From Chthoniobacterales bacterium (GTDB taxonomy: Bacteria > Verrucomicrobiota > Verrucomicrobiia > Chthoniobacterales > JACTMZ01): 49,167 nucleotides of DNA. A program made the translations under genes and the position numbers. The notes under the pieces were generated by a model. That model was not told the DNA's origin. It did not search any database and saw only the letters and a list, made by a program, of their open reading frames with translations. The first letter of the stretch is position 1. Every line of letters begins with the position of its first letter. The stretch spans positions 1 to 49,167 of the forward strand of contig JBIJDZ010000005.1 of assembly GCA_044343805.1 (NCBI GenBank). Direction: 5' to 3'. Shown one piece after another: positions 47,656 to 49,167 of the stretch.

Positions 47656-48831
47656 TTACCGGGCCATGCCAACGTTCTGCACCATCTGGAAAAGTTTACC
47701 TTCCGACTTGATGGATGGAGCGATGATGACTTCTGTCTCTTGGAATTCACGTAGATTAGCCGCACCGACATTGCCCATGCATGTGGTTATGGCTCCGACC
47801 AAGTTCTGGCTGCCGTCATCCACCTCGGCCGGGCCGAAAAGAATCTGCTGCAGCGAACCGGAGACACCGACCTTGATGCGCGTACCGCGCGGAAGATTGG
47901 CGTGCGGGGTGGCCATGCCCCAATGGTAACCACGCCCGGGCGCTTCCTCGGCCTTGGCAAAGGCGCTACCCACCATCACCGCATCGGCGCCGCAAGCGAG
48001 CGCCTTGCACACGTCCCCTCCCTTGTTCATTCCTCCGTCGGTGATGATCGGGACGTAACGTCCGTGCTTTTTTAAATAAGCATCACGCGCCGCAGCACAA
48101 TCAACCGTAGCCGTGACCTGCGGCACGCCGAGACCGAGAACTCCGCGCGAGGTGCAAGCGGCACCGGGACCCACGCCGACTAACACGCCGGACACGCCGC
48201 ACTCCATTATCTCCAGCGTGGTGTCATACGTCACCGTGTTGCCGACAATGACCGGGCACTTCATGTCGCGGCAAAAGTGGGCAAGGTCGAGCATCTTGTA
48301 TTCGGTGGAAATGTGACGCGCGGTGGACACCGTGCTTTGCACCACAAAAACATCAACCCCTGCTTCTTGGGCAATGGCGCCGCAGCGTTCAGCTTTTTGC
48401 GGGATCGAACTGACCGCCGCCACGGTGCCGGCAGCCTTCATTTCGCGGATGCGCTTGGCAATGAGGTCCTCCTTGACCGGTTCAAGATAAACTTTCTGCA
48501 AGAGTGCGGTGACCTTGTCTTTATCGGCCGCCAGCACTTCGGCCAGAACGGCGTCGGCATCCTCGTAACGCACTTGCACTCCCTCCAAGTTAAGCACAGC
48601 CAAACCTCCGAGCTTGCCCATGGCGATGGCAAAACGCGCATCGACAACACCATCCATGGCACTGGCGAGGATTGGCAGCGCCATCTTAAGCGCGCTGCCA
48701 TCGGGCCGGGGAATTTTCCAAGTAATGTCCACTTCATTGGGGTTGATCGTCACGGCGCCGGGCACCAGTGCAATTTCATCAAACCCGTAAGTCACCCGCG
48801 CTTTGCGGTTTCGTCCGATCCACATGCCCAT
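47656..48831 (-). CDS. GuaB3 family IMP dehydrogenase-related protein (no CBS domains)
   Basis: IGRNRKARVTYGFDEIALVP, SAMDGVV, VGVGPGAACTSR and HWGMATP..LPRGTR. Confidence 0.9.
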   Translation of the reverse strand: MGMWIGRNRKARVTYGFDEIALVPGAVTINPNEVDITWKIPRPDGSALKMALPILASAMDGVVDARFAIAMGKLGGLAVLNLEGVQVRYEDADAVLAEVLAADKDKVTALLQKVYLEPVKEDLIAKRIREMKAAGTVAAVSSIPQKAERCGAIAQEAGVDVFVVQSTVSTARHISTEYKMLDLAHFCRDMKCPVIVGNTVTYDTTLEIMECGVSGVLVGVGPGAACTSRGVLGLGVPQVTATVDCAAARDAYLKKHGRYVPIITDGGMNKGGDVCKALACGADAVMVGSAFAKAEEAPGRGYHWGMATPHANLPRGTRIKVGVSGSLQQILFGPAEVDDGSQNLVGAITTCMGNVGAANLREFQETEVIIAPSIKSEGKLFQMVQNVGMAR

Positions 48832-48835
48832 AATT

Positions 48836-49075
48836 TTAGATGTCGTTGGTTAGATTTGGTTCGTTGAGAGCGCCGCAGGAAGGACAACGAAGGAGCTTTT
48901 CACCCCCGCTGTGCCGGATCCATTCCGCGCAAAGCCGGCACTGACACAAAACGCGTAAATCCCTGCGTCTGCGCCTTGCGCACCGCCACTCATACAGTAG
49001 CCAAAGCAGGAGAACGGCGGCAAGAAAAACACCCGCATACAGGAGCGGCAAAAATGACAGCTCCGCCCGGATCAT
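48836..49075 (-). CDS. Small TM + zinc-ribbon hypothetical protein
   Basis: One TM segment, Arg run, CRLC...CPSCG. Confidence 0.72.
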   Translation of the reverse strand: MIRAELSFLPLLYAGVFLAAVLLLWLLYEWRCARRRRRDLRVLCQCRLCAEWIRHSGGEKLLRCPSCGALNEPNLTNDI

Positions 49076-49167
49076 TCCGCCCCCTCTTCCGGACCCCAGA
49101 TTATCCGCAACACCCCGCGGTAGCCCTGTGCAGAGGATCCGAAACGTGAACGCTGGATGGCGAGTTG
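49072..49167 (-). CDS. 3' end of an unidentified CDS truncated by the window edge
   Basis: Open frame QLAIQRSRFGSSAQGYRGVLRIIWGPEEGAE* with an ATGA overlap to the next gene. Confidence 0.45.
   Translation of the reverse strand, partial: QLAIQRSRFGSSAQGYRGVLRIIWGPEEGAE

Overview
GC-rich (qualitatively about 60%) bacterial chromosomal segment. Gene content and protein style suggest Verrucomicrobiota, possibly Chthoniobacterales-like; this is an inference. The first ~10.6 kb is an accessory heavy-metal region: marC; an ars operon (arsR-acr3-arsC-unannotated 57-aa double-CC peptide-arsP); a divergent vasohibin/transglutaminase-like Cys-protease gene; tRNA-Leu; and a cusBA-type RND efflux cassette with a Cys-rich HGPP leader ORF and no outer-membrane channel, lying between the convergent 3' ends of tRNA-Leu and tRNA-Gly. 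The rest is mostly core metabolism and envelope genes: nadE, plsY, gpsA, tatA, hemL, queA, tadA, rpe, folC, accD, comF, fabD, nadA, PNP, fabF, guaB3, tRNA-Asp, SRP RNA and two ECF sigma/anti-sigma pairs. Notable oddities are the bacterial vasohibin-like protein, an HtrA/DegP pseudoprotease with all three catalytic residues lost in an rpoE-like operon, an SxxS (redox-dead) TlpA paralogue, a secreted 15-aa tandem-repeat protein divergent from a Wzy_C/TPR ligase, a GH-A+GT2 fusion, and several apparently leaderless promoters. No CRISPR array, integrase or transposase was seen. All calls come from manual motif recognition; no database search was run.
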